Source of the DNA: Armatimonadota bacterium
GTDB taxonomy: Bacteria > Armatimonadota > HRBIN16
Direction of reading: 5' to 3'
DNA: 64,000 nt
NCBI GenBank assembly: GCA_963677485.1
Contig: OY781964.1
Coordinates: forward strand, 1,792,001 to 1,856,000
Part shown: positions 17,539 to 27,288 of the stretch, piece by piece
Layout: every line of letters begins with the position of its first letter
How positions within the stretch are numbered: the stretch's first letter is position 1
Made by a program: the position numbers and the translations under genes
Notes under the pieces: generated by a model
Seen by the model: only the letters and a program-made list of their open reading frames with translations
Told to the model about the DNA's origin: nothing
Databases searched by the model: none

Positions 17539-18074
17539 CCTCCCAGCAGACCGGGAAGTGACCGCAGCGAGTCGCCGATGGACCCCATTCCAGACCGACG
17601 CCCTTCAACCATAGGCCGTTCCTCGATGGGTTTGTCCAGGACGTGCTTGCGTAACTCCCCATATGTCACCCTGAACTCCCGGCTAATATCCTCCGATGTC
17701 ATCTCGCAGAGCCGGTAATATCCGATCGTGGCCACGGCTTTTGCGATGATGGGGTGGCTGTATTTCGGTTGACCTTGATAGCGGTTGAGGGTCTCACGCA
17801 CCTCCCACAACGCATCCGCCACAGTCGGCACGCCTTCGATCTGGGCGTGTTCACGCGCCTCCACCACGTAATGCAGCACTGCACCTGGCGTTCGTGGCAT
17901 GAAGTTCGACTCTTTGGTCATCAGGAACTTATCAAGAGCGGCGTCAAACTCATCGTCAGTGATGTCGTGGCGTTCGATCTGAACCCTCCACATGGTCTGC
18001 TGCTTCTGGCTGTATTCAGCACCGTAGGTGATGGCAAAGAAGGCCATCGCGTCGGCAAATCTTTCATCGGTCAT
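17529..18074 (-). CDS. replication protein, helicase loader/inhibitor-like
   Basis: Directly follows the initiator; W..V......Y...P...HPII..AV..IG...LC...F...Y pattern. Confidence 0.55.
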   Translation of the reverse strand: MTDERFADAMAFFAITYGAEYSQKQQTMWRVQIERHDITDDEFDAALDKFLMTKESNFMPRTPGAVLHYVVEAREHAQIEGVPTVADALWEVRETLNRYQGQPKYSHPIIAKAVATIGYYRLCEMTSEDISREFRVTYGELRKHVLDKPIEERPMVEGRRSGMGSIGDSLRSLPGLLGGCK

Positions 18075-18933
18075 TGTAGAGTTCTCCCATCACATTCGCG
18101 GCGTTAGCTCTGGCCCGCGCCTCGAGTTCATCATCAGACAACCTCGGCGGTTTGCTACCACTTCCCGGCGGTTTGGACTGCATGGCTTCGGCATCGGTCA
18201 AGTGCCTGAGCGTGTATGCCAAGCTCCACACGTTCAGGCTCTGTGGGCTGCATTTGGTTCTAGCGTTGATCCATGCGGCGGCGATCCTGGTGGGTGGCCA
18301 CCCGGAGGCGAGGGCTTGTTTCATGGCCCGCAGCAGTGGGGTTACCTCGCTGCTGGGCGGCTCCGGAAGCCCGGCCAGCGAGTAGGTCTCGATCACGGAG
18401 CGGTAGGGGTCCGGCTTCGGCTCTTTGGGTTTTGGAGGTTGAACGGGAGGGTGTTCAGCCGCTTCGGCGTCAGCCGAACCCGTAAGGGAATCTTCGTTCA
18501 ATGAGTCTCGTTCAATTGGGTATCGTTCGGGTCTAGATTTTAGACTACCGGTAGTCTGTTTTTTAGACTGGGGTAGTCTATTTTCTGGACTACCTGGTTG
18601 ATCATCTAGACTACCATCACCCTGGTCATCATCGGGTACCATCATGGTGTAGAGGTTGCTGGCTGGGTCGCCGTCATCGTCGTATCTAGCCGTCTTTACC
18701 ACCAGCCCTTTTTGGACGAGTTCTTTGACCGCCTCGACAGCAGATGCACGGCAAACCCCGGCATCGCTCGCGATGGTAGCATAACTTGGCCAGCATTTGC
18801 AGGTGTTGCCATCCGACCTGTCAAGCAGACATGGGTAGACAGCTTTTGCCGATGCGGACAGGCTTCGCCATAGCCCGGTTCGTATAATCGAAGACGGGAA
18901 TGGCGTAAATTTCTGTGCGGGTTTGAGCCTCAA
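18064..18933 (-). CDS. phage replication initiator (N-terminal HTH_36-type)
   Basis: LSASAKAVY..L...CWPSYATIA...V.R......KELVQKGLV...SNLY; TTG start after GGAGG. Confidence 0.85.
   Translation of the reverse strand: MRLKPAQKFTPFPSSIIRTGLWRSLSASAKAVYPCLLDRSDGNTCKCWPSYATIASDAGVCRASAVEAVKELVQKGLVVKTARYDDDGDPASNLYTMMVPDDDQGDGSLDDQPGSPENRLPQSKKQTTGSLKSRPERYPIERDSLNEDSLTGSADAEAAEHPPVQPPKPKEPKPDPYRSVIETYSLAGLPEPPSSEVTPLLRAMKQALASGWPPTRIAAAWINARTKCSPQSLNVWSLAYTLRHLTDAEAMQSKPPGSGSKPPRLSDDELEARARANAANVMGELYNDR
18529..18615. repeat. iteron-like repeats; putative phage replication origin
   Basis: Four ~22-bp imperfect palindromic units (GGTAGTCT...AGACTACC) inside the initiator linker, as for lambda O. 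Confidence 0.7.
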
Positions 18934-19104
18934 TGTGTGCCTCCCGCCGTGACTAATAATGAGTCTATGATCCTCGCCGAGCAACACATGGCAACGTCAC
19001 GGTAAGATATTACTGTGTGCTCATTTCCTTCATTAGCAATGTAGTAATCATTTGAGGTACTATATTTGCGTATACATATATAAACTATATCCGGAGGTCC
19101 CATC

Positions 19105-20145
19105 ATGGCCGTACAAGACAAACAGAAAGCACTCGATATCGCCCTGGGGGTCATTGAAAAGCAGTTTGGCAAAGGCTCCGTGATGCGACTGGGCGACAAA
19201 ACCGGTATGCAGGTGGAGTCGATCCCCACCGGATCCATCGCACTCGACTATGCGCTGGGCATCGGCGGCGTACCGCGTGGACGTATCGTGGAAATCTACG
19301 GCGCGGAAAGCTCCGGTAAAACCACCCTGGCACTGCAAATCGTGGCGGAAGCACAGCTTAACGGCGGCATCTGCGCCTTTGTGGATGCGGAACATGCTCT
19401 GGACCCCGATTATGCAAGCAACATCGGCGTGAACATCGACCAGCTCTATGTCTCGCAGCCCGGCACGGGTGAAGAGGCACTGGAGATCATGGACGCGCTG
19501 GTACGCACCGGTGCAATTGATGTGATCGTGCTGGACAGCGTGGCGGCATTGGTACCGAAAGCGGAAATCGAAGGCGAGATGGGTGATGCCCATGTGGGCA
19601 TCCAGGCGCGTTTGATGAGCCAGGCGATGCGCAAAATCGGCGGTTCCATCAGCAAGACCGGAACCGTGGCGATCTTCATCAACCAGTTGCGCGAAAAAAT
19701 CGGCGTGATGTATGGCAACCCCGAGACCACTCCCGGCGGCCGCGCGCTGAAGTTCTGGGCCAGTGTGCGTCTGGATGTGCGCCGCGTGGACAGCCTGAAG
19801 CAAGGCACCGATGTGGTGGGCAACCGCGTGCGTGTGAAAGTGGTCAAGAACAAGGTGGCCCCGCCCTTCCGGCAGGTGGAGTTTGACATCATGTTCGGCA
19901 AGGGTATCAGCAAAATCGGCGGCGTGCTGGATATGGCCGTGGAAAAAGACGTCATTAAGAAGAGCGGCACATGGTTCACTTACGGCGAAGTCCGGCTGGG
20001 ACAGGGTCGGGAGAACGCCCGTACCTTCCTGACTCAGCATCCCGATGTGTTTGCCGAGGTAGACCAGAAGACCCGCACCATCCTCAATGGCACCCCCGTA
20101 GTGGGGCCTGTCAGCACAGATGAAGAGGAACCAGAGGACGAGTAG
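19105..20145 (+). CDS. recA: recombinase RecA
   Basis: [54 protein letters not shown]. Confidence 0.99.
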   Translation: MAVQDKQKALDIALGVIEKQFGKGSVMRLGDKTGMQVESIPTGSIALDYALGIGGVPRGRIVEIYGAESSGKTTLALQIVAEAQLNGGICAFVDAEHALDPDYASNIGVNIDQLYVSQPGTGEEALEIMDALVRTGAIDVIVLDSVAALVPKAEIEGEMGDAHVGIQARLMSQAMRKIGGSISKTGTVAIFINQLREKIGVMYGNPETTPGGRALKFWASVRLDVRRVDSLKQGTDVVGNRVRVKVVKNKVAPPFRQVEFDIMFGKGISKIGGVLDMAVEKDVIKKSGTWFTYGEVRLGQGRENARTFLTQHPDVFAEVDQKTRTILNGTPVVGPVSTDEEEPEDE

Positions 20146-20166
20146 TACCGGATTTCGATGATTGAC

Positions 20167-20200
20167 CAACGGGTGGCTGACATGCCGCCCGTTGTGTTTT
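20167..20200 (+). terminator. intrinsic terminator after recA
   Basis: CAACGGGTGGC/GCCGCCCGTTG stem followed by TGTTTTT. Confidence 0.75.
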
Positions 20201-20237
20201 TACGCCGACCGGATGACTGTTGATGTGGTATATTTAC

Positions 20238-21041
20238 TCAGCTTCTCACTTTTGATATCACCCATGCAATCCCAACCAGTATAAAGGATACAGCTGCGAT
20301 CGCAGGTCCAGATGGAACGTCGAGAGTGATCGACATCGATAACCCCACTATCGTTGCGATGGAAGCCGCTCCGATGGCGACAGCGAATACTCTTTTCATA
20401 CTCTGAGTGATCAGCAGTGCTGTCACAGCCGGCATAACCAAAAAAGCGAATACCAACAGCGTCCCAGCCAGCCTGATCGACATCGAGATCACCACACCCA
20501 GGATAATGAAAAAGAACATATCCCAGGCTGATGACCGGATGCCTGAGGCTTGAGCTGTTTCTGCATCGAAGGCGGAATACATAAACTGCTTCATAAACAG
20601 CGTATGAAGCAAGATGGCGGCTATTGCCACCCCCGCCATAGTCCATACCTGAGGCATCGTGACAGTCAAGATATCGCCAGAAAGCACATCCAGCATATGC
20701 CCCTCACCCTGGGCACTTTTGGCCACGAACAACACAGCCAAAGCTGATGCCAACGCATAGCCTATACCTATGAAACTCTCCTGGGTAATCCGTTTGTCTT
20801 TTGGCTTGACGGAGAAGGCAGCCACACCGCCCATAGTGAGTGTGAGTGCTACCACCGATGGGTTCCAACCGAGAAGCATGGCAAGTCCGACACCAGCACT
20901 TGACACCTGAGCAAGCGCTGCCCCGACGAACACCACTCGGCGAAGCACCACATATACTCCCAGATATGCGCATACAATGCCAACTACCAGGCTCCCCATG
21001 AGAGCTACGCGGAGAAACGAATCGTGGAACATACTAAGCAT
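20238..21041 (-). CDS. Zn/Mn-type metal ABC transporter permease (ZnuB/MntB family)
   Basis: LGVYVVLRRVVFVGAALAQ, FDAETA, GTLLVFAFLVMPA, DVPSGPAI. Confidence 0.92.
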   Translation of the reverse strand: MLSMFHDSFLRVALMGSLVVGIVCAYLGVYVVLRRVVFVGAALAQVSSAGVGLAMLLGWNPSVVALTLTMGGVAAFSVKPKDKRITQESFIGIGYALASALAVLFVAKSAQGEGHMLDVLSGDILTVTMPQVWTMAGVAIAAILLHTLFMKQFMYSAFDAETAQASGIRSSAWDMFFFIILGVVISMSIRLAGTLLVFAFLVMPAVTALLITQSMKRVFAVAIGAASIATIVGLSMSITLDVPSGPAIAAVSFILVGIAWVISKVRS

Positions 21042-21804
21042 TACATCCTCCTGTCAGTACCACGCGGTGTTGGCCATTATTCTCCACACTTACCGGGATG
21101 CCGTAAATAGCGCTCAATCGGTCTGAGGTAAGCACATCCTCCGTCTTGCCCACTAATTGAACGCCGTCATCAACCAAAGCGAGGGTCTTGACATAGTCTG
21201 ATACCACATTAAGGAGATGGCTGACCATCACAATGGTGATACCATCGGATTCGTTAAGCTTCTCAAGCAGCTCCATGATCGCATATTCACTGCCGATGTC
21301 CATGTCGTTAGTGGGTTCGTCTAGTATCAGCACCTCAGTCTCAGAGGCTAAGGCACGGGCTATGAGTGTTCGTTGCTTCTGCCCGCCCGAAAGCTCCCGA
21401 TATGGCCGATTGGCAAGATCGGTAATACCTACATGCTCAAGGCACTTTCGCACAGCCTCTTTATCCTCTGTGCGTGGTCTTCCGAATACACCTAAAAGCG
21501 GGTAGCGGCCCATCAGCGCCACGTCAAGCACCGTCAGAGGATATACCTCGTCAATAAACTGCCGCTGTGGCACGTAACCGAACCTGACACCTGGACGCCT
21601 AGTGATGTCGCCGGACTGAGGTTTCAGGATGCCCAGAATGGCCTTCAGAATGGTGGTCTTACCCGTTCCGTTAGGGCCCACAATTCCTAAGAAGTCACCT
21701 TTTGTCAGACTCAAATTCAAACCTGTGATAACACTTCGTCGTCCATACCCCAGGTTTGCATTTTGAAATGAAAGAAGATTGTTGTCCGTATCGCTGTTAT
21801 TCAT
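21034..21804 (-). CDS. metal ABC transporter ATPase (ZnuC family)
   Basis: GPNGTGKTT, GYVPQ, LSGGQKQR, ILDEPT. Confidence 0.93.
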   Translation of the reverse strand: MNNSDTDNNLLSFQNANLGYGRRSVITGLNLSLTKGDFLGIVGPNGTGKTTILKAILGILKPQSGDITRRPGVRFGYVPQRQFIDEVYPLTVLDVALMGRYPLLGVFGRPRTEDKEAVRKCLEHVGITDLANRPYRELSGGQKQRTLIARALASETEVLILDEPTNDMDIGSEYAIMELLEKLNESDGITIVMVSHLLNVVSDYVKTLALVDDGVQLVGKTEDVLTSDRLSAIYGIPVSVENNGQHRVVLTGGCNA

Positions 21805-21855
21805 ATGATATATATTGAGCAGGCCAAGCAGTTTCATGGCCTGCTCAAGACCTTT

Positions 21856-22782
21856 CTAGCGGAGTGCCGCTTTGTACTTCTCTACCCAGGCATCGATCAG
21901 ATCGATGTAATTCTTCGTGCCCATTGAGCCCACCGAATATGGGACCACCTGATATTTCACTCCCGTCTCACGGGCGATCAGGTCAGGGAACCGTTGGGGG
22001 TACACCGATTCTATAACCATGGCATCAATATGCTGGTCTTTCATCCTGCGTATCAAGCCTTGAATGTGCGATGCAGACGGAGGAATACCTGGTTTATCTT
22101 CCAGGGTTCCGCCTTCCTCCAACCCAAACCGATTCAGGAAGTAGATGGTGCTTTCATGATAGTGGACGACCTTCTTGCCCTTATATGGCAAGAGCTCTTT
22201 GTGCCATTCGACCATACGATGGTCGATCTCTTTGGCAAAGTTCTCGTAGTTTTTCTCATATGTGGCCTTATTCCCCGGATCAATACGAGAGAGACCTTCC
22301 ATGATGTTTCTGGCAACCACCTTGCCGCACAGCGGGTCATAGAAGTAATGAGGGTTGCCCATGACATGGATATCGCCCGATGCACCGGTGACCTGTTCCT
22401 TAGGAATCTCCAGCCGTCGAACACCTTCAGAGGCGTCAACATATCCTTTGGCACCGCGATACACTGACCGATTACCGGATGCATTAATCAACGCATCCAT
22501 CCACATGTCGAGGTCAAGGCCTACACGAACCACCATCTCAGCACGAGATAATCTACCGACATCGCTGGGTCGTGCATCCACCCTGTGGTAATCCCGGTTT
22601 GGCTTAGCAACCGAGTAGACGGAGACTCGATTTCCTCCCACCTGTTCGGTAATGCTAGCGAGTTCAGGTGTTGATGTCACCACATTTATTGCTGCATGAG
22701 CATGTGAGGCGAAGGTTATACATACAGTTGCTGTCAGTAAACTGCCAGCAACGATTTTCCAAATTAGGTTCTTGCGGTTCAT
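21856..22782 (-). CDS. metal ABC transporter substrate-binding protein (ZnuA/TroA family)
   Basis: Signal peptide; DYH, GDIHVMGNPHY, YH and KPGIPPSASH ligand motifs. Confidence 0.92.
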   Translation of the reverse strand: MNRKNLIWKIVAGSLLTATVCITFASHAHAAINVVTSTPELASITEQVGGNRVSVYSVAKPNRDYHRVDARPSDVGRLSRAEMVVRVGLDLDMWMDALINASGNRSVYRGAKGYVDASEGVRRLEIPKEQVTGASGDIHVMGNPHYFYDPLCGKVVARNIMEGLSRIDPGNKATYEKNYENFAKEIDHRMVEWHKELLPYKGKKVVHYHESTIYFLNRFGLEEGGTLEDKPGIPPSASHIQGLIRRMKDQHIDAMVIESVYPQRFPDLIARETGVKYQVVPYSVGSMGTKNYIDLIDAWVEKYKAALR

Positions 22783-22800
22783 TCTATGCTCTCTTTTCTG

Positions 22801-24090
22801 TTATTCCAGGTTGTGCGTGTGAGGCCCGATACCGCATACCCACATCAGCCACAGTTCGTTGTATTCGTCTGCCCCCGGTCTCCAACCATGGTTTCCTTGC
22901 AGACGCAGATAGTATTGCTCGGAAAACTGGTGGGTATATGTGAGCGACAGGGCGGATTCGTGAAGATCGGTGGACTGGGGGAACTGGCTCCAGCTATACA
23001 CCGAGCCGATGCTGTTGTATTTATTCAACCAATAGCTGCCTTCGACGTAGTAACCGGATGCGGTAGCTTGGTTAGGGGTGTGCATCTCTTGACGCCAAAA
23101 CTGCTCCCCTCGCAGTGTGAATTTCGTGTCGTGATCGCCATAGTGACGATAGTTCAAGTCAAGACCAGTGAGGCGGGTTCGGCCATCGGTCGGTACCGAG
23201 CTGTCCTCGGAATTCCCTTCTGCATACGAGTAGCCAAACTCTAATTCGTTATCGGGAGTGACTGAATAGCCTGTCCAAAGCCGGGCGGTGTTAAACACCC
23301 CATTGAAGGCAGCTCCCTGGCCGACCACCATGTCAGGAAGGCTGGATGACTCACCACCCTCCCCGCCAGCCCATGTTCCCAGATCAAGCTGGGCAAACAA
23401 GTTGTTGTGAGTAGGCAACAGGTAGCTAAGCTGCATACCTTCACCCGTCAAGTTCTCTTCCGACACAAGGTTGCGAAACGCCAGAGGTCTGTTCACCCAC
23501 GGCCAGGAGTGGCTATGAAGTTGATTTGTCCTGCCGAAAGGTACGTATTTCTTTCCAACATAGAAATTCAACCCCTTAGCCAAGCCAAAATACGATACAT
23601 ACCCTTCCTCAAGCTGGGCAGGGCTGTCTTCCTTTGGGCTCATAGAGATGAAGGCATCAGCCTTAACGTTGGGATAGACCCATCCCTGGATGCCAAGTTC
23701 ACCTTCCGTTAACCTTGTGGTATTTCTGTCTGGGTCTCGCTTGTCTGAGCTTGTAAACCCTTTGGTCTGCAGAATGAAGCTGATATCGGGTAGGGCAAGC
23801 GCTTTACCGCCAGAGGCTGCGCCTGACTGATTATCCGGTTCTGTCTTGGCTTCAGTTTCTGATGTTTTGGCTTCGTCTTGCTGACTGACAACCGCCGCAC
23901 CATTGTCAAGAAGTGCCTTCAGATGCTTCTCCAGTTCAGCAACCCTTGCTGTTAAAGCATCGAACGCCTGTTTCGAGACAGTCACAGTTTCCGTATTTTG
24001 TTCGGAGCTATTGTTGTCAGTAGCATCCTGGCACCATGCCGGCAGGGCAAGCGCGAACAGGCATGACAATGCCAATAGTATTTGTTTCAT
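22801..24090 (-). CDS. putative outer-membrane beta-barrel metal uptake protein
   Basis: Signal peptide, coiled coil, FGRTNQLHSH and C-terminal GPHTH; first gene of the metal ABC operon. Confidence 0.7.
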   Translation of the reverse strand: MKQILLALSCLFALALPAWCQDATDNNSSEQNTETVTVSKQAFDALTARVAELEKHLKALLDNGAAVVSQQDEAKTSETEAKTEPDNQSGAASGGKALALPDISFILQTKGFTSSDKRDPDRNTTRLTEGELGIQGWVYPNVKADAFISMSPKEDSPAQLEEGYVSYFGLAKGLNFYVGKKYVPFGRTNQLHSHSWPWVNRPLAFRNLVSEENLTGEGMQLSYLLPTHNNLFAQLDLGTWAGGEGGESSSLPDMVVGQGAAFNGVFNTARLWTGYSVTPDNELEFGYSYAEGNSEDSSVPTDGRTRLTGLDLNYRHYGDHDTKFTLRGEQFWRQEMHTPNQATASGYYVEGSYWLNKYNSIGSVYSWSQFPQSTDLHESALSLTYTHQFSEQYYLRLQGNHGWRPGADEYNELWLMWVCGIGPHTHNLE

Positions 24091-24223
24091 TGTGTTAATC
24101 TACCTTCTGATAGGGAATAGAATGATTATACGATGAACGTTATTGCACTAGCGCGAGCGCCATATTGCACCATAACCCTCATTGAGTTTAATGTGATGAT
24201 TCTTATTCGGTATAGGAAGTAAA

Positions 24224-24598
24224 TTATGCTGGAGGAGCGCGGGGAGAGGCGGATCGGTCTATGCGTTGGAGAGGTGTTGAGATGACGATGTTTATTTGGA
24301 CTGCATCATCTGGCAAGGGTATGATGATGTCAGGATTACGGGCAGGTTCAGGGGTGGTGCTGTTCGCCACGGTGCAGATGGGGCACTCGTGACTCTCTTG
24401 ATAGTGATGACCGCACCAAATGGTGCCATGGGCGACATTGCATCCGTCGATTGCCTCGTGCGTATGCAGATTCGCAAGCAAGGGCTGCAACAATGCCAGC
24501 AAAGCAAACAGCGTAGGAAATACTAATGCGCTGTGTTGCTTCCGATGTGGCCATATGTTCAGCATCATCTCACGTAACATAGTTCCATAATACCGCAA
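24224..24598 (-). CDS. DUF2946-like leader protein (His-rich, CxxC, C-terminal RAPP)
   Basis: TM segment, HTH...HH..HECPIC, ends SPRAPPA; start codon uncertain. Confidence 0.7.
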   Translation of the reverse strand: MRYYGTMLREMMLNIWPHRKQHSALVFPTLFALLALLQPLLANLHTHEAIDGCNVAHGTIWCGHHYQESHECPICTVANSTTPEPARNPDIIIPLPDDAVQINIVISTPLQRIDRSASPRAPPA

Positions 24599-24749
24599 TG
24601 GTTCGTGAATGAAGAAGACAGAGCATCCTCGCTTGGCTTGCTACCGTTTGCGAAACCACCGGTAACGAAAGTGGTAAATCACGGCTATATGAGCATCGAA
24701 GATTCAATGGAATGACCATGCCGACTACTGACACGCCGTGATGGCAGCT

Positions 24750-26408
24750 TCACACCCCGGCCAGCAGCTCGCGCGCGTGCAGGATGGCCACCTCGCTGCG
24801 GCCGCCCAGCATTCGCGCGATTTCCCTCACCCGCTCATCCCCATCGATGACGTGAACCTGGCTGATCGTGCGGCCGGCCTCCTCGTGCTTCGTAATCACG
24901 AACTGTTGGGCCGCGAGGCAGGCGATCTGAGGCAGATGGGTGATGCACAACACCTGCCGGTGAGAGGCCAGATTATTGATCTGCCGGCCGACCGTCAAGG
25001 CGGTGTCACCGCCGATGCCCGCATCCACTTCATCAAAAACCAGAGTGGGCACGCTGCCGATGTCCACCATCACGCCCTTTAAGGCCAGCATCACGCGGGA
25101 CAGCTCACCACCGGAGGCACATCGGGCCAACGACCGCTCGGGCTCACCCGGGTTCGCGCTTAACAAGAACTCTACGCTCTCCTGCCCCAACTCGTCCAAG
25201 GGTTTTGGCGTCATCTGCACCTGAAAACTGGCATGGGGCATGGCCAGCGCAGCCAAATGCTGCAGCATCAGCACGCTCAAACGATCTGCCGCTTGACGCC
25301 GCTGGTCGCTTAACTGATCGGCGATCGCAGCAGCCTTCTTGCGGCAGACCTCCTGCTCGTGCTCCAGATCCTCGCTTCGCTGCTCGCCGCTCTGCAGCCG
25401 CTGCAGCTTCAAGGCGAGCTCATTCGCCAGCTCTAAAATCTCATCTACACTATCGCCATATTTGCGCTTTAGGCCTTTGATGGCATGAAGCCGGTCCTGT
25501 ACCTCTTCCAACCGCTCAGGACTAAACTCAATCTCCTCGCGGTAGCGGCGCAACTGCTCCGAGGCATCCTGGCACTGCACAAGGGCGCCCTGCAGACCCT
25601 CCACCATCGGCTCGAGCGTGGCATCATACCGGCATGCCTGCTCCAGCGTGGAGATCGCCTGTGAAATCAGAAGCTCCGCACAAGGTTCCCCCTGAGTCAG
25701 GGCTTGTTGGGCCCCCTCCGCGCTCTCAAACAACCGCTCCGCGTGCTGCATGCGCTGGAACTCGGTCTCGAGCCGCTGTTCCTCACCCGCCACAAGGCCC
25801 GCCTGCTCGATTTCGTTGAGTTGGAAGCTGGTGAGGTCGATGAGGTGCAGCCGGTCACGCGCTTCGGCTTGAAGCTGCTTTAGCTCACGCTGCTTCTGAT
25901 GCCACTCACGCACGGCGTGTGAAAGCTGCTCACGGAGCTGCAACGCCTTTGACCCCGCCCACTGGTCGAGTAGGCGCAACTGCTCATCCACATTTAATAG
26001 CGACTGGTGGCCATGCTGGCCAAGTAAATCTACCAGCCTGTCACCGACCGCCTTCAACTGGCTGACGGGCACCGCCATACCATTGATGCGGGCTTGGTTG
26101 CGGCCAGATGCCGATATCTCCCTGCTGAGATACAGCCGGCCGTCTTCTGGTTCGATCTCAATCTCAGCCAGCTCAGACGCCAGCCAGCCGTCCTGGCTGA
26201 CATCAAACACCGCGGTGACCTTGGCTTTGTCTGCTCCAGCCCGAATCATCTCTGTGTCAGCCCGTTCGCCCAACGCCAGGTTGAGGGCGTTGATGAGTAT
26301 GCTCTTGCCCGCGCCCGTTTCGCCCGAAAGCACCGTCAGCCCGGCATTCAGCTCCAACCGAAGATGCTCAATGAGCGCGAATTGGTCCACAGAGATTTCG
26401 ATGAGCAT
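24750..26408 (-). CDS. recN: DNA repair protein RecN
   Basis: GETGAGKS, GQHGHQSL, ANPGEP, ASGGELSR, FDEVDAG, ITHLPQIA. Confidence 0.98.
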   Translation of the reverse strand: MLIEISVDQFALIEHLRLELNAGLTVLSGETGAGKSILINALNLALGERADTEMIRAGADKAKVTAVFDVSQDGWLASELAEIEIEPEDGRLYLSREISASGRNQARINGMAVPVSQLKAVGDRLVDLLGQHGHQSLLNVDEQLRLLDQWAGSKALQLREQLSHAVREWHQKQRELKQLQAEARDRLHLIDLTSFQLNEIEQAGLVAGEEQRLETEFQRMQHAERLFESAEGAQQALTQGEPCAELLISQAISTLEQACRYDATLEPMVEGLQGALVQCQDASEQLRRYREEIEFSPERLEEVQDRLHAIKGLKRKYGDSVDEILELANELALKLQRLQSGEQRSEDLEHEQEVCRKKAAAIADQLSDQRRQAADRLSVLMLQHLAALAMPHASFQVQMTPKPLDELGQESVEFLLSANPGEPERSLARCASGGELSRVMLALKGVMVDIGSVPTLVFDEVDAGIGGDTALTVGRQINNLASHRQVLCITHLPQIACLAAQQFVITKHEEAGRTISQVHVIDGDERVREIARMLGGRSEVAILHARELLAGV

Positions 26409-27284
26409 CTACAGGTTCACCCTTTCGCCCCATAACAAGCGTGTACGCAGTTTGCAGTAGAACTCATCGGGGTCAAAGGTGATGAGGCGCGTGATCTGCG
26501 CCGCTTTGGATACCGTCACACGGTCACCAGATTGCAGCCGCCAAACTTCCCAGCCGTCTGTCTGCAGCACGATCTGGTCGTCCTGCGCCTTCACGGTCAC
26601 ACTCACCGTGCGGTGAGCGGGCAGTATCATGGGCCGCGCGGCCAATGTGTGCGCGCAGATGGGGGTCAGCAGAATCACCTCGCAGGTCGGATCGACAATA
26701 GGCCCTCCGGCACTCAGCGAGTAGGCGGTCGAGCCCGTCGGTGAGGCGATCACAAGCCCATCGGCACTGTATTGAGCCAGCGGATTATCGTCGATGTAGG
26801 TCTGGAAATCCACCATGTGGCTGACCGATCCACGGCTGATCACGATGTCGTTCATGGCCAGGTTGTTCGCCACGACCACGCCATTTCGCGACACATCGCA
26901 ACTGATCATCATGCGGTTTTCGGTTTCATACTGACCGGATAGCACGTCAGCCAGCCGCTCGATGCACTCCTCGGGCGGGATCTGTGTGATGAAGCCAAAC
27001 CGCCCCAACCTGACACCAAACAGCGGCGTTTGCCGTTGCGCACCCAGTTTTGAGGCGCGCAGAATGGTGCCGTCACCGCCGATACTGATCACCAGATCGG
27101 TATGGCTCAAAGCCTCCATATCCGCCGCGGGGGTAGATAACTGCGCGGCCTCCACAAGCTCTGCATTGGCCAGGCAGTCGACCCCGCGCGAGGCTAAATG
27201 TGCGACGGCTGCGCGTACCAGCTCAAGGGCTGCCGGCCTTTTGACATTCGCAACCAGTGCCGCGGATCGGATGGCTTCAGGCAT
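26409..27284 (-). CDS. nadK: NAD+ kinase
   Basis: GGDGTIL, ND, DGLVIASPTGSTAYSLSAGGP; canonical nadK-recN linkage. Confidence 0.96.
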   Translation of the reverse strand: MPEAIRSAALVANVKRPAALELVRAAVAHLASRGVDCLANAELVEAAQLSTPAADMEALSHTDLVISIGGDGTILRASKLGAQRQTPLFGVRLGRFGFITQIPPEECIERLADVLSGQYETENRMMISCDVSRNGVVVANNLAMNDIVISRGSVSHMVDFQTYIDDNPLAQYSADGLVIASPTGSTAYSLSAGGPIVDPTCEVILLTPICAHTLAARPMILPAHRTVSVTVKAQDDQIVLQTDGWEVWRLQSGDRVTVSKAAQITRLITFDPDEFYCKLRTRLLWGERVNL

Positions 27285-27288
27285 CGGG

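Larger units (their letters stand above)
1..18950 (-). mobile_element. HK97-like cos-type prophage (left end outside window; no integrase or repressor visible at the right end)
   Basis: Co-oriented replication, HNH, terS, terL, portal, protease, capsid, head-tail, holin and endolysin genes in near-canonical order. Confidence 0.93.

Noticed and set aside
18990-19104. LexA box upstream of recA
   Set aside because: No convincing match to CTGT-N8-ACAG or GAAC-N4-GTTC; only a weak AT-rich palindrome, and the motif for this lineage is unknown to me.
19060-20169. 369-aa antisense ORF over recA (and similar shadow ORFs over other high-GC genes)
   Set aside because: Typical antisense shadow caused by codon bias, with no recognisable motifs.
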